Below are positions 20,818 through 45,625 of a DNA stretch of 64,000 bases, piece after piece (positions within the stretch are counted from its first letter, which is position 1; each line of letters begins with the position of its first letter). The DNA is taken from NCBI RefSeq assembly GCF_009914755.1, contig NC_060927.1, one strand, 5' to 3'. Made by a program: the position numbers and the translations under genes. This DNA comes from the human T2T-CHM13v2.0 reference genome, Homo sapiens. The notes under the pieces are model-generated. The model searched no databases and was not told the origin of the DNA. It was given only the letters and a program-made list of their open reading frames with translations.

Positions 20818-21891
20818 CTGAAGAGAAGGACACAAAAGACTCATTCAGAGAGAAGGTATACTGTCAGAGCCAACCCCATGCTACCTTTTAAATCTTCTCC
20901 ATGTTCAGGGTTTCTCGCTCCCTCTGTAAGCTGCTATCTCAGTCTGGTCAAAGACAAGGTCATCTCCCTAAGTACTTAAAAGAGCCCTCGACCCACCCTG
21001 GCCCTGCTCTTCACTTCCTTTTTTTTTTTTAAAGATGGAGTCTCGCTCTGTTGCCCAGGCTGGAGTACAGTGGTACGATCTCAGCTCGCTATAACCTCCG
21101 CCTCCTGGGGTCAAGCAATTCTCCTGCCTCAGCCTCCCGAGTAGCTGGGATTACAGGCGTGTACCACCACATCTGGCTAATTTTTTGTATTTTTAGTAGA
21201 GACAAGGTTTCACCATGTTGGCCAGGCTGGTCTCGAACTCCTGACCTCAGGAGATCCACCCACCTCAGATTTCCAGAGCCCAGAGTGTTGGGATTACAGG
21301 CGTGAGCCACCACGCCTGGCCTTCACTTTTTTTTTTTTTTTTTTTTAAGACAGAGTTTCACTCTTGTTGCCCAGGCTGGCACGATCTTGGCTCACCCCAG
21401 CCTCCATCTCCCGGGTTCAAGTGATTCTTCTGCCTCAGCCTCTGGAGTAGCTAGGATTACAGGCATGCGCCACCACGCCCAGCTAATTTTGTATTTTTAG
21501 TAGAGACAGGGTTTCTCCATATTGGTCAGGCTGGTCTCGAACTCCTGACCTCAGGTGATCCGCCTGCCTCAGGATCCCAAAGTGCTGGAATTACAGGTGT
21601 GAGCCACCACGCCCGGCCACCAGCCTTCACTTCTAACCCCACCTCCAGCCAGACCAAACCACCATTTCCACACCCCACAGGTCTTTCTGTGCAGACCCTG
21701 TCCATGCATGCTCCAGACAGCTCTTCTGTCATTTCACCAGGTCCAAACACCAGCACCAAGGCTCCCATGAAATATCCCCTTTATTCCATCTCAAATCCTT
21801 ACCTATCAACTCCTTGCCCAGAGAACCTGGAATAACATATTTACTTCTAGTCCTTTTCAATGCATTTTCCCCTTGGGAGAGGTGAGGGGGT

Positions 21892-21893
<2 letters not shown>

Positions 21894-21935
<42 letters not shown>

Positions 21936-21959
21936 TTGTGTGTGTGTGTGTGTGTGTGT
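21894..21959. repeat. (TG)n microsatellite, interrupted
   Basis: Read directly. Confidence 0.95.
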
Positions 21960-22254
21960 AATCATAGTATTCCTGCTTAATCCATGTTATAACAATTTTC
22001 CCAGCCAGGTGCAGTGGGTCATGCCTGTAATCCCAGCACTTTGGGAGGCTGAGGCAGGCAGATCACCTGTGGCTAGGAGTTTGAGACCAGCCTGGCCAGC
22101 ACAGTGAAACTCTATCTCTACTAAAAATGCAAAAATTTGCATTTAAAGGTGGTGCACCTTGGCTGGGCACGGTGGCTCACGCCTGTAATCCCAGCACTTT
22201 GGGAGGCTAAGGCGGGCGGATCACGAGGTCAGGAGATCGAGACCATCCTGGCTA

Positions 22255-22579
<325 letters not shown>

Positions 22580-24255
22580 TCAACTCCATGCAGTGTTGCA
22601 CCATTCTGGTGGGTTTCACCACAAGCTGTTAAATGGTGAGCTACCTTCTTGAGCCCTGTTTTCCCTTCTTTGGTGTCAGGAAATATAGTCTTCACCATGT
22701 TTCCAGAGGACAGATATAATGCCACCAGTATTTTTGTATTTGCACCCACAGCCCAAGGCCTGGCACAGAATAACTACCCACAATCCCCAGCTTGCCAGAG
22801 CCATTCTCAATCTTTCCTCTAAAACTTGGCTCATGCCTAACCCAGCAAACCCATTATGTTTTCTTCCCCATCCTTCAATGCCCAGCTCAAAAGGTGCCTT
22901 CCATACGGCCTCACATAGCTCTCGCTTCAATCCGTCTCTTTCTCATATCATCTCTTGAAGGGACACCACCAGGAACTATACCATAATGGCTTCACGTGTT
23001 TGATAATTACATACAGAGTAGTTACTACTGTGAAAACACACAGCCTCTACTTTGTCTCATCTTTCCAAAAAGTCTGCAATTTTCCCTAGATAGAAATTTT
23101 TTTCTTTTCTCCTCAATCTATAGTTCATTATACAGATATTTATAGGCATCTCCAAAATGGAAGTTTAGGATACAGCACAGATACCTCCTCCTAAGTATGT
23201 GCTGATGACACCACTGTAAGTGCTTTATCTGGGTTTAAAACAAGGTATCTTGTTATTTGTTAGGGGAAGAAATGGCCAATTCAAGAAGAGGGAGACATGA
23301 AGACCTCATCCAAACATCTCCCTATCCTTATCCCCCATAAGAGAGGGCATAGGGAAGGGTACTTTTACCAGCCAAAGATCTGGTAGCTGCTTAAACCAAC
23401 CCAACATGGGTCTTCAAGCAATGGTGACAAGCTCATCTTAGCTGTAACCACAACAGCACCTGCAAGAAGTTAACAGTCACTCTCCAAGCCCAGGGCCCTC
23501 ACCAAGATGTAGAGCCACAGATTTCTTTCTTGTTTTCTTTTGAGACAGGGTCTCACTCTGCCACCCAGGATGAAGTGCAGAGGCATGACCTTAGCTCACT
23601 GTAGCCTCAACCTCCCAGGCTCAAGCACCTCAAGTGGCTGAGACTACAGGCGCACACCACCATGCCCAGCTAATTTTTGCATTTTTTTGTAGAGAAGGGG
23701 TTTCGCCAAGTGGCCCAGGCTGGTCTCGAATTTCTGGGCTGAAGCAACCCACTTGCCTTGGCCTCCCAAAGTGCTTGGATTACAAGTGTGAGCCACTGCA
23801 TCGGCCAGGGCCACAGATTTCTAGACAGTGTTCCATATTTGAAGCCTCTATCTCTTGACCTTTTGTCTAGTATGCAATTAAAGAATAGTTGAGGGGCAGT
23901 CAGTTTCACATTATGGATGTATTCCAGCTGGTAAATGAAGAAGTAATGCTAGAATTAGTCTTACCACGGCATATGCCTACTGAACCCACAGGTCCAGGAA
24001 TTGCCAACATCACAAAAAAAGAGACAACCGAAGAATGAGACATGAATGTAATTTCTCACAGAATAAACCTCATTACCTACTTACATGTCATGCTAGCATG
24101 TGGGGAAAAAACCAAAACCAAATAAATTTAAAGAAAATTGAGGGACAACAGAATATGTTAATTAAAACCATGAGGATGTAATTAGAAGAATCCAGATTCT
24201 AGGACAAACCACTGAGCTTACCCATCAAGGAAATTACCAGTAAAAAAAAGAATGA

Positions 24256-26588
<2,333 letters not shown>

Positions 26589-27210
26589 AGTAAAAAGTTT
26601 TAAAAAGCTTAACTGAGCCTCACTCACTTTAATAAAGTCCACCACCTCTAGGCTACAGCTCTCCCTCCTTAGGTGGCTATGTGGAGGAGTCTACAATCTG
26701 CTTCCAAACGATTCCCCCACACCACCCTGCCTCCACTCTATGCTCCAGCCTCAGGGAACCATGTGCGGCGCCTCCTTCATGGGCTGGCCCAAGTGTCCCC
26801 TCCTCGGGGACTGCAGAAGCCACGCTGGCTCTCTGTGGTCCTAGGAGCAATCACGGCATCACACACCTTGCTCTGCTTGTGCTTACACAGGCTGCCTGCC
26901 ACTCTATGAGAGCCTGCAGGCACACTCCAGGTACCAAAACATGCTGTCAGCAGGTCTCAGTGCCCACTACACATGCACAGCCCCTTGCAAGGGTGAAATG
27001 GAACCAAAACGGACACAAAATCTTAACTGGGACCAGCCACAGAAGAAGCCACTACATTGGCACTGGCTCATCACTCCCCTCCCTCCCCTCCGCTGGTGTC
27101 CTCCTGGCTCTCATCAAGGGGTATGTCTGTCTGTCTGTCGGGGGCATTTTTGGAGCACTAACTAGGATCCTGTTTGGAGCCTCTCATCCCTGTGGTAACT
27201 GCGTTATTTC

Positions 27211-27278
27211 TGTGTGTGTGTGTGTGGGTGTGGGTGTGTGTGTGTGTGTGTGTGTGGGGGGGGGGAGTGGTGGGGGGT
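27211..27278. repeat. (TG)n followed by G-runs
   Basis: Read directly. Confidence 0.9.
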
Positions 27279-27315
27279 GTAATGCTGTTCTGTCTGCACA
27301 GCAGGTCCTCCTCCC

Positions 27316-30184
<2,869 letters not shown>

Positions 30185-30571
30185 TCAGAGAAGTTACTTC
30201 CACGGTAATTCAAGGGCATGCAGACCGACATACACATCCCAGGAACGGACTCCAGACAGGCAACAGGTCTGCTGCTGACCACTGTGCTCAGACCCAGGCT
30301 CTGACATAGCTGGAGAAAAATCCAAAGCCTCCCACCCATATGGGTAAAAAGATACTGAGTGGATATCACCATGCTGGTGTTTAGGGGCTCACCAGAAACA
30401 CCCTGTCTAACATGGGAGCATCAAGGTCCCCTCACTTTGCTAGTCTGCTTCTTACAGAACGCTACAGCTCAGGTCACTGGGATTCTATCTACATGGGCAC
30501 CTGGCTCTCTCCCTAGTATACCCCACAGTGGGCTATATCTCAGATGCCAGCTAACCAGAGCTTATACTTAC

Positions 30572-30664
30572 ATTACCACCTCCAGGGACATGCTTAATAT
30601 TGTCCTTGGAACCACACTTGGACTGAATATGGCTGTAGCTCACTTTTTTGGAGACTATCTGGAC
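30572..30664 (-). CDS. MAP4: MAP4 cassette repeat exon ([31 protein letters not shown]), tau exon-10 equivalent
   Basis: actccag|GTC acceptor, AAT|gtaagt donor; 93 nt, phase 0/0. Confidence 0.95.
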
Positions 30665-32539
30665 CTGGAGTGTTAGAAAATAGAAAAAACAACACAAAGG
30701 GAGAGGACTGGTTAGAACCGACACAGGGAAGGCAGTGAGTCCACACGTGATCACAATGACCAACAAAAAGTGTTGTTAAACCTCCACCCCCACCTTCTAC
30801 AGAACAGATGTGGAAAAGCACAGGAAAAGAAATGTGAAAGAGCAAGAAGGGGAGTGAAAAACGTGAACAGACAACACAACGACAGGAGCAGAGCTGCGCA
30901 GGCACTGCATGTTGGTCATCACCGCTCCTTTGGGGGCGGGGTTGTGGTTCACAAGGCCCAGGCAGCAGCCTAACCTGATGCCCAACCAGGCACAGCCCTA
31001 CCTCCTTGCTCTGCTCCCTCCTCAAGAGCTGGGCACAGTGTCCTTGGCTCTTCTCTGCAAGTCTTATCATGTGGACCTGTTCTCACCCAAAGAGGGTGCT
31101 TCCCTTAAATCTGGGCCCTGGAATGGCTGCAGCCAGACCCACTCTCAGAAGCAAAGGCTGCTCTGAGAAGCACTGGGCAGCTGGCAACAAGGGCACGGAT
31201 GATACTAACAGGAAGGAGGGGCCAGTGCTCAGATGTGCATACAAATGGATACAGAATCTCCAACACCAGGGGAGCGGCTACAGCCTCCACACTTAGCCCA
31301 TTTGTCTCAGGGCTCGAGAAGGCATAGTATTTTTGACTCAAGGGTAAAATACCTTCTTGAATCCTCCATATGCCTAATCCTCTGCCCTGTGAGATGCCCA
31401 TGCGGAAAGAACAGGCTCTAAGCAGGGCAGCAAGGACGCCCAATCCTGGGGGCACAACCACACTGTATAGTACGGGAATGGCTTCCCCTGGAACTGAGAA
31501 ACACCAAGGCCCTGGCTCTAAGAGTCTGGAACAAAGAATCCTAGGACCTTCTCAAGAAGGAATAGTTGCCAACTTCCTTTCTTTGCAAATGATGCAGGTC
31601 CCAGGCTGAAGAGTTCTCCACAGAGTACAGAAATCCTGAGAAACTCCAACCCATATACCTCATTGTACCTACTCATTTCTAGCCTTTTTCACAACTTTGA
31701 TGGTAACCAAGTGGTTAGCAAACTACTTAATGAGCCTTGGTCTGAACCTAGGACCTCTAGTAGTCACCCAGAAGCCACGGTGCAGCTTTCTTCACTGTAG
31801 GAATGCCCTAGGCTGAGACTTCCCATGCTGGTCCCTAAGGGCTGGAGTGCGGGCTTCTCTGGCAGAGGCACACCTACCTGCTACAGCTAAGGAAGGTAGG
31901 TGTTGCAAGCACTCAGGAGGGGCCTGGTTTCCAGGTTTACAGAGGCAAGGGGAAAGAACCTGTGGTTTCAGCTTACCTCTGCCCTCCAGTTGATGCTGCA
32001 TACCTATACTAAGTGGGTTTCCATTGGGAATGAGCATCCTAACTTTCAGTTAAGAGGTGACCCGGGGAACCAGGACAAATGAAGTTATCTCCATACCCAG
32101 CAGCGTTATGAGAGGGATCTTCTACTTCAAGGTAAAGCACAGGGGCTCCAGGGTTCCAGGTGGTGGAAATTACCCCTGCCATGTCTTCTTGATAACGAAT
32201 GTGGGTGCACTGTATTTGCATCCATACCAGGTAGGTTTCACATCAAGGTCAGTGTGAAGGAAATGAATGAAAGTCTTTGGATCCATTTTATCCAGCCAAA
32301 AATTATACACATATGTATTCTCCAAAGGGCTAATGGGCTCCCAACTCTATTAACTTTCAAGGTTAATACAAAAAATTTTCTGATGGCCGAGTCATCAAGC
32401 ACAGAGAAGGGAATATAGGGGAGAAGAAGTAGAAACTAGTTAGGGAAAGGGAAAAAGTGCAAGAGAGGGCATGTGGCTCAGGCTGGAAGAAGTATTTTAC
32501 CATCTTCACCTTGCAGAGGTGGGTCTAAATAAAACTCAC

Positions 32540-32653
32540 TTTCCCCGCAGGTTGTTTCTGTGCACTTGCAATTGGGCCGGCTGTTTTAGTGACTGCATTA
32601 GATTCAGGCTTTCGGGTTGTAGCAGCTGCCTCTGTTTTTTTCTCTACTTTGGC
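32540..32653 (-). CDS. MAP4: MAP4 38-aa pseudo-repeat exon ([10 protein letters not shown]...KQPAGK)
   Basis: catccag|GCC acceptor, AAA|gtgagt donor; 114 nt, phase 0/0. Confidence 0.92.
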
Positions 32654-34138
32654 CTGGATGGAGATAAAGGGAGGGCAAATTTCAAACCAAGAGGATAAGA
32701 GCTCAAAAGCCAAGAAGGGAAGAAGGCTGTAGGGGACTCAAATCCAGGTCAGGCCACCAGGCAAAAGCAGGTGGCCTTTGATCCTAGGCAAAACCATACA
32801 TTTCCCAGGGTAGACCAAGTCAAAGATCCTTGAGTAGAGGACCACAAAAGAAGGAGCTGCAGGCCATAGTCTTAAGACATGAGGAACAGATCAAGACACT
32901 AGCTAATGAAGAAAAGGCACAAAGGAAGGCTAAGACAACCAAATTAGTGATTCTGAGAGTGTGCTGGGGCATGATTTTCCAATTACAATACCCCCCACCC
33001 CATGCCAAATGTCCTGATATGCCCCAAGCAGCTGCCACGGTCACAGGAAGTCAATACTGATAGAAAGTGTCAGACTCTTTAGGTATGTTGAAGCAGAAAA
33101 CAATTCACTAGATCAAGTCACTCAACTCCCCACCCAAGAACTCCTGTAACTTTTGCACCATGAAACCATAAGAGCAAAGACGGGGAGATAGGCCATCAGC
33201 AGCACAGCCCAGAGGCCTGCTGGGCACACCAGAGCCACTGTCGCTACCACAAGCAACTCTCAGGCTCTTCTCTAGACTGATCTCAGCTTGCCATCAGTGT
33301 CTTCCAACAGCACCAGGATTCCACCTCATTTTTGTCCCTCCTGAATTTCTTAACAGCTCCAGATTAAGCAATTTAAGTATGCTGCCCTGGATGGTGGTGG
33401 TGGTGTAGAGCTAGTGAATGACCTAGGAGATGAGATGGTCACTACTCCAGGGACCCGAACATTCTCAGACGGACTTTCATCACCACCTTTTCACGCAGAG
33501 TTCCCATGGTTACCAACAGTTAAATAATTCTGGGACTGATGCAACCAGAAAATCTTAACCACCGGAAAATCCTAAAAGTGAAGCACTGTGATCTTTCTCC
33601 ATCACTATATGCAGTGCAGTCCTGCTGTTTAGGAAGGCCAGAGGCTCACAGCACGACTCATCCTGGCCATAAGAGGACACCCTAGTCCTCTTTCAGATAT
33701 ATTCCACTCAAGTCATGGGTTGTGGAAGTAAGAGGTGTTCTACCTTCTGCCTATCCTGACATTCTCTGTGCAGGCTAAGAACCATGAAAAACTAGGCTCA
33801 TGTCAAGTGTCTCTCTCACTTGCAGAGTCTCTGAGGCCTCCTCTGTTTCTTCTACAAAAGAATCCTTTTACATCCAAGCAAAAATGTAAACTCAGACCCC
33901 AACATCTAGAACAGGAGCCTTTCTTACTGAGACAGGAAGAGAAAGCCCAGAGCTCAGCCTACCCCGCCTCCCTGCTGCTGGGGCACAAAACCCACTACAG
34001 AGCCCCGGCTGAAATACCCTGATGCTGAGTCCAGTGTCCTGACTGCCTGCTTCTTTGGTGGGCCTGGGAACAGTGGGTGGAAATGGAGGGGAAGATGCAG
34101 GGGCCAGCATGCCAGGACCCCAAGCTCCCTGGACCCAC

Positions 34139-34431
34139 CCGGCCTCCTCCAGGCTGATGCTTGATGTTTTCCGTGGAGCCAACCTTGGAGCGGACATTCT
34201 TCAGATCAGGAGCAGAAGTATTGGTGGCCAGGCGGCTGAGCCGGGGGGTGGTGGAGCTGGGTTTGGCCGAGGTGGGCTTCTTGTCTATGAAAGGAGTTGT
34301 GGAGGGCCGGGAGGGCATGGGTGTGGCCTTGACTCGGCTGGGAACCACCCCTGCAGCGGGGGCTGTCCCACTGAGAGTGGTGGTTTTCTTCATGGAACTG
34401 GTGGAGGTGCTCTTTGGGCGACTCAAGTCAG
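34139..34431 (-). CDS. MAP4: MAP4 exon: end of the Pro-rich region plus repeat 1 (DLSRPKS...[16 protein letters not shown])
   Basis: tttgcag|CT acceptor, CGG|gtgggt donor; 293 nt; ORF 33995..34459. Confidence 0.95.
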
Positions 34432-34552
34432 CTGCAAAGAAGGGAGTGAGAGATAACACGGGTTCAGGGAGAGAGAGAAAAAGGGAGACTTAAGCCACAG
34501 AGGAGGTGGGGGTTCAAGTTAGGGCTCTACAAAATGGCGGATGGGCTATTAC

Positions 34553-34612
34553 CTGGTACAGACTTTGCAGTCATCTTCTTGACTTCTGCAGGTTTTCCCT
34601 CAGTCTTAATGG
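34553..34612 (-). CDS. MAP4: MAP4 60-nt exon (AIKTEGKPAEVKKMTAKSVP)
   Basis: ttgtacag|CC acceptor, CAG|gtaata donor; phase 1/1; below the ORF track cutoff. Confidence 0.9.
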
Positions 34613-34862
34613 CTGTACAAAATATACTTATTAATATAACATTTAACAAACTGACCTGTTGGATAGTTCATCCAATAGTGAGATTCCTCATTATTTAACA
34701 ATTACTGAATATCTACTTTGAGCCAGGGACTGTGTTAGTCCCTGGGAATGGAGTGGTAAATTAGATGGTCAGGCACTGAGTCTTATTCTTCTCTACTGCC
34801 CTGATAAGCCTTCTATGTGGCCTTAAAAGTAGGCTGTCAATACATGCCTATGGACTTGAATA

Positions 34863-34938
34863 GCCCTCTTCTTATCATCATGTAAGCCCATGAGCACCAC
34901 GCCCTCTTCTTATCATCATGTAAGCCCATGAGCACCAC
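34863..34938. repeat. Perfect 38-bp tandem duplication
   Basis: gccctcttcttatcatcatgtaagcccatgagcaccac x2. Confidence 0.95.
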
Positions 34939-35242
34939 GTGCTAGGTGCTGTGGGTTACTAAGGCAAGAGTAAATTCTACCTGGAAATTCATGAGCAGTA
35001 CATTTTTCTGCCTTCACTCAAGATTTTTCTGAATACATACAACTGCTAAGCTCACACAGAGATCAAGGCTTGTTAAGTACCAGGCCCACAGGGCTACCAC
35101 TGTTCCAGGTAGTCCACTAAGGACCGGTGCGTAAGCAGGCCTGCACAGCTGTTTGTGATACTAGCTAGAGCTATGGCTGGGGCAAAGCCAAGATCCCATT
35201 TTCCCCTCCCTAGTTCCCATGGGAGAGAAAGGCAATACTCAC

Positions 35243-35426
35243 CAGTGGGCTTCTTGGGCAGGAGCGTGGAGGGGCTCCTACTGCTTGGGCCAGTTGAGGC
35301 AACAGCAGCAGCTGTTGTGGTTTTTGCAACAGTCTGAGTGCTCTTGGACCCAGATCTGGAGGCTGGGGCAGAAGCTGGCTTGGATGGTGAGGCCCGCTTC
35401 TCAGGAGCCTTTGCATCTGCAATGGG
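35243..35426 (-). CDS. MAP4: MAP4 Pro-rich exon ([16 protein letters not shown]...LLPKKPT)
   Basis: atttccag|CCC acceptor, CTG|gtgagt donor; 184 nt. Confidence 0.92.
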
Positions 35427-35450
35427 CTGGAAATAGGAAAGTGGGAATGA

Positions 35451-40496
<5,046 letters not shown>

Positions 40497-40736
40497 TCTA
40501 CAGAACATTTTTTACAGATATATAAGATAATAGGGTCAAAGGCTGAGATTTTAAAGTTGGTTTAGGCCACTGTGGTAAATGAGAATACAAGATATTTTCT
40601 AAGCATGTCCAAACATGAGGAAGGACAATAACAGCTCAGAAAAAAGAAATTTCATTCGTGATTCAAGCAATAACAGCAGAAGATACTCCGTTTAAAAATT
40701 ATGGCAGTAGAAGATAACCACCATTCTGGCACCTAC

Positions 40737-40843
40737 CTTTGTTTTCTTCTCTGGGCTTGGTGGGAGCTCCTTGTTCGGTGGGGTGGTGATGTCATTTCCT
40801 GTCCCACTCACCACAGGCCTTCCTTCTTCTGGCCTGGCTATTC
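40737..40843 (-). CDS. MAP4: MAP4 exon ([10 protein letters not shown]...PPSPEKKTK)
   Basis: cccttag|GA acceptor, AAG|gtaggt donor; 107 nt, phase 1/0. Confidence 0.92.
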
Positions 40844-41489
40844 CTAAGGGGAGAGGGTGAGTGGGAATTATGCTAAGCAAACATTTTACATGCCCATTTT
40901 GAAAATACAAGGTTTAGCAAAGACAGACCACTAACTAGCACTTCATTCTGAAAAAAGTCCACAGGGTTGTGCTGCTGAAATGTGGACAAGCCTCCCAAGT
41001 TCTCATTGTGATGGAGGACAGTTTTAGATTCCTCAGATTCAGAGAGCCTGACCCTGTGGAGAAGCAGTCTAAGGGACACATGCACAAATGATCAGTGGAA
41101 AAAAATGGTCCTTTAAGTTTGGTTTCCCTTCCCTAGAGACCAAAGGGACTCTGTCTTCCAACCACTAGCTCTCCAAGCAATAGGACAAAAACCTCTTCTA
41201 CCAGTCTATCTTTGGAATAAAGGTTGCTGTGAGATGGGATAAGAGCCAGAAGATCATTCAATGACTCCCTTTCCTTCCTTTCCCTATAAAGAACCACTTT
41301 ATGGAGGATGTGAGATTAACCTGATCCAGTTCTAACAGTGACCCAGATTTTCAACAAGGCCAAGGAGACCCATGGAACCAGACTCAGGGCCAGAAATAAA
41401 GTCTCCTGCCTAAGGCAACATAGCCTCCTCTCTGTGGAGAGGTTACTCTGGATTTCAATAGGACTATACCTGAGAGCATTAAAATACTG

Positions 41490-42700
41490 TGAAATGTATA
41501 ACCTTGCTGTGGGGGAAGGCATTTCTAACTGGCACAAAGTCAAGAGGCCACAAGAGATAAGTTTGACTAAAGAAAAATAAAAAACTTCAATGTGGCAAAA
41601 AACAAAATAAGACAAAACACTATAATAAAAGTCAAAAGGCAAATGACAAACAGAAAAAATACTTGACCCTCATACCAAAGACAAAGAGCTTATTCTATAA
41701 ATTACTCCCACAAATCAGTAACTGCTACAAAGGCCAATAATCCACTGGGAAAATGCAAAACAATATGAACAGACTTTATAGAAAAGAGATACAAAGTTTT
41801 TTGAAACTATGAAAAGATGTACAATGTTAAGTATAAGAAAAATAAAAAAACCCCACTGAAATGCCATTTTATTTTTTGAGACAAAGTCTTGATCTGTCAC
41901 CCAGGCTGGAGTGCAATGCTGCGATCTCGGCTCACTGCAACCTCTGTCTCCCCATTCAAACAATTCTCCTGCCTCAGCCTCCCAAGTAGCTAGATTACAA
42001 GCATGCACCACCACACCCAGCTAATTTCTGTATTTTTAGTAGAGACAGGGTTTCACCATGTTGGCCAGGTTGGTCTCAAACTCCTGACTTCAAGTGATCC
42101 ACCCACCTCAGCCTCCCAAAGTGCTGGGATTACAGGCATGAACCACCATGCCTGGCCTGAAATGCCATTTTAATATTAACATATTGTCAAAAGTCCTAAA
42201 ATTTTAAAATAACTACTGAGAATAATATAGGGAAATATACTTGGTAGGTATGTGAACTGTATGACCCATAGGCAGGGCTGCCTGGCAGTGTCATTTTCTG
42301 AAAATTACAAGGACAGATAAATTCTAATCTAGAAAACCAATTTCTAGTAATTTATCCTAGAAGTGTATTTACACACCAGCCAAATAGTAAATGTGCAAGG
42401 TTTCCACCAGATCATTGTTTCTAAAAGCAAAAGAACAACCCAGAAGTCCGTTAATAGAAAACTGGTTATTATGGTAGAAATATCAATGTAATCTCTGAAT
42501 GTGAAAAAATAAAGCATGGAGAAATTCTTTTATGATTACTATGCAATGGTCTCTATTAAGTGAAAAAAAAAACAACAAAGCATAAGTATAATGTGAAACT
42601 ATTTGTCTTGAAAAGGGATGAGGGAAAAGATATTGCAAATACACTTATATATGCATTTTAAAAGAATTTTTGAAAGGATTGTAATTAAACAGAACAACGT
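41490..42700 (+). mobile_element. Old L1M fragment (ORF2 3' part/3'UTR), interrupted by Alu 41866-42157
   Basis: A-rich L1-like sequence (aaaacttcaatgtggcaaaaaac...aaaggcaaatgacaaac); boundaries approximate. Confidence 0.55.
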
Positions 42701-44764
42701 TTTTGAGGGAAAGGATGGGACACAAAACTGGGGAGGTTAGGAGGCTTAAAACTTTGAGAAATAATTACAGATTCATAGGAAGTTGCAAAGAAATACATAG
42801 GGAAGGTCCCTGTGTACCCTTTTACCCAGTCTCCCCAAGTGTTGATATCCTACGTAAATACAGTATACTATCAAAACCAAGAAACAGAGACAACCCACAG
42901 AGCCTACTCAGATTTTTCACTTTACATGCACTCATTTGTGTGTGTGTGTGTTTGTGTGTGTAGTGCTATGCAACTTTATCAAGTGTAGCTTTGTGTAACC
43001 ACCACCACCTTAGCCTCCCAAAGTGCTGGGATTACAGATTACCTGGCCTGGAGTGGCTGGTTACAATCAATAGGGCTTCTTCATGTTACCCCTCTATAGC
43101 CATATCTACCCCATCCCCTTTCCAATCCCTAAATATATGGCAACTACTATGTTCTCCATCTCTATAGTAACTTCCAGTACACTATATTTAAAAGAGTGGT
43201 GCAAGTAGATATCCTTGCCTTGTTCCCAATCTTAGATAGAAAGTATTCACTTATTCACCATTAAATATGATGTTAGCTGTAGGCTTTCTGTAGACGCTCT
43301 TTGTCAAGTTAAATAAGTTCCTCTCTATTCCTACTTTGCTGAGAGTTTTAACATGAATGGCTATTTGATTCTGTTAAACGATTTTTCTGTGTTTACAATT
43401 TATTTTCTTCAGACTATAACAGATTACTTTTTTTTTTTGAGATGGAGTCTCACTTTGTCGCCCAGGCTGGAGTGCAGTGGTGTGATCTCAGCTCACTGCA
43501 AGCTCCGCCTCCTGCCATTCTCCTGCCTCAGCCTCCCAAGTAGCTGGGACTACAGTACCCGCCACCACACCTGGCTAATTTTTTTTTTTTTTTTTTTTTT
43601 GCATTTTTAGTAGAGATGGGGTTTCACCATGTTAGCCAGGATGGTCTCCATCTCCTGACCTCGTGATCCACCTGCCTCGGCCTCCCAAAATGTTGGGATT
43701 ACAGGTGTGAGCCACCACACCTGGCTGACAATTACTTTTGATTATTGCACTAACCTTGTATACCTGAAATAATTCCAATTTCAGTTTTTTTTTTTTTTTT
43801 TTTTTTTTAAGAGATGAAGTCTGTTGCCTAGGCTGCAGTACAGTGGCATGATCACAGCTCACTGCCACCTGGAACTCCTGGGCTCAAGAGACCCTAATGC
43901 CTCAGCCTTCCAAGTAGCTGGGACTACTGGTACGTGCCACCATACCTGAATAATTTACAAAAAAAATTTTTTTGAAGAGATGGAGGTCTTGCCATGTGGC
44001 CCAAACTGACCGGTCTCAAGCAGTCCTCCCACATCAGCTTCCCAAAGTGCTGGGATTATAGGCACAAACCACCATGCCCCATCATAATTTCAATCTTTTA
44101 AATTGATTCAAGTTGGTTTTATGACCCAAGATCCATCTTGGTGAGTGTTTAATGGACACCTGAGAAGAATGTACATTCTGTCACTGAGTGGAATTTCTAT
44201 CAATGTTTATGAGATTTTGTTGTTTGATGGCACTGTTACATCTTTACTAACATTCTGTCTAGTAGTTCTATCAACTGTTCATAGTGGGTTACAGAAGTCC
44301 CCAGCTGTAATTGTGACTTTGTGTACTTCTCCTTTTAGCTCTGTCAGTTTTTGTTTCATATATCTTGATGCTCTGTTTTTTGGTGTGTATACATTTAGAA
44401 TTGCTAAGTTTTCTAAATGTAAGGATCAATCTTAGTGGGATTGATCCTTTATTCTTTTCTCCGACATCTACTTTGTCTGATGTTAGTATAGTCACTCCAG
44501 GACACGTAATCTTTAATCCCAGCACTTTGGGAGGCTGAGGCAGAGGATCACTTGAGGCCAGCAGTTTGAGACTAGCCTGGGCAACAAAGTGAGACTTCCT
44601 CTCTACAAAAATCGAAAGAAAATTAGTGGGGCATGGTGGTGTATGCCTATAAGACTCAGATACTTGGGAGGCTGAGGTGGGAAGATTGCTTGAGCCCAGC
44701 GAGTCAAGCCTGCTGTGAGCTATGATCAGGCCACTGCACTCCAGCCTGGGCAACAAGAAAAAAC

Positions 44765-44767
<3 letters not shown>

Positions 44768-44796
<29 letters not shown>
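44768..44796. repeat. (TA)n microsatellite
   Basis: Read directly. Confidence 0.9.
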
Positions 44797-44799
<3 letters not shown>

Positions 44800-45210
44800 T
44801 AATCATTATATATAGCTACTGCTACTTTAAAAAATTGTTAACATGATATATTTCTTTCCATCTTTTAACTTTCAACCTACCTATGTCCTTATGTTTGTTA
44901 TGCATTTCTTGTAGATAGCATATACTTGGGCAATTTTTTTTTCTTTTTAAGACAGGTGTGATCATGGCTGACTGTACTCACTGTAGCTTCTACCTCCTCG
45001 GTTCAAGTGATCCTCCTACCTCAGCTCCTGAATAGCTAGGACCACAGGCATGTGCCACCATGCCTGGCTAATTTTTAAATTATTTGTAGAGATGGGGTCT
45101 CCCTGTGTTGCTCAGGCTGGTCTCGAACTCCTAGGCTCAAGTGATCCTTCTGCCTCAGCCTCCTAAAGGGATTACAAGCAGGAGCCGCTGTACCTGGCCT
45201 ACTTGAGTCA

Positions 45211-45625
<415 letters not shown>

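Noticed and set aside
30540-30590. Tau exon-10-type regulatory stem-loop at the donor of the 93-nt exon
   Set aside because: I could not find a convincing complementary stem across this splice site by eye.
32153-32170. VPGGGN peptide resembling a tau/MAP4 repeat end in ORF 32057..32257
   Set aside because: It is on the strand opposite MAP4, has no KXGS or other repeat context and is likely coincidence.
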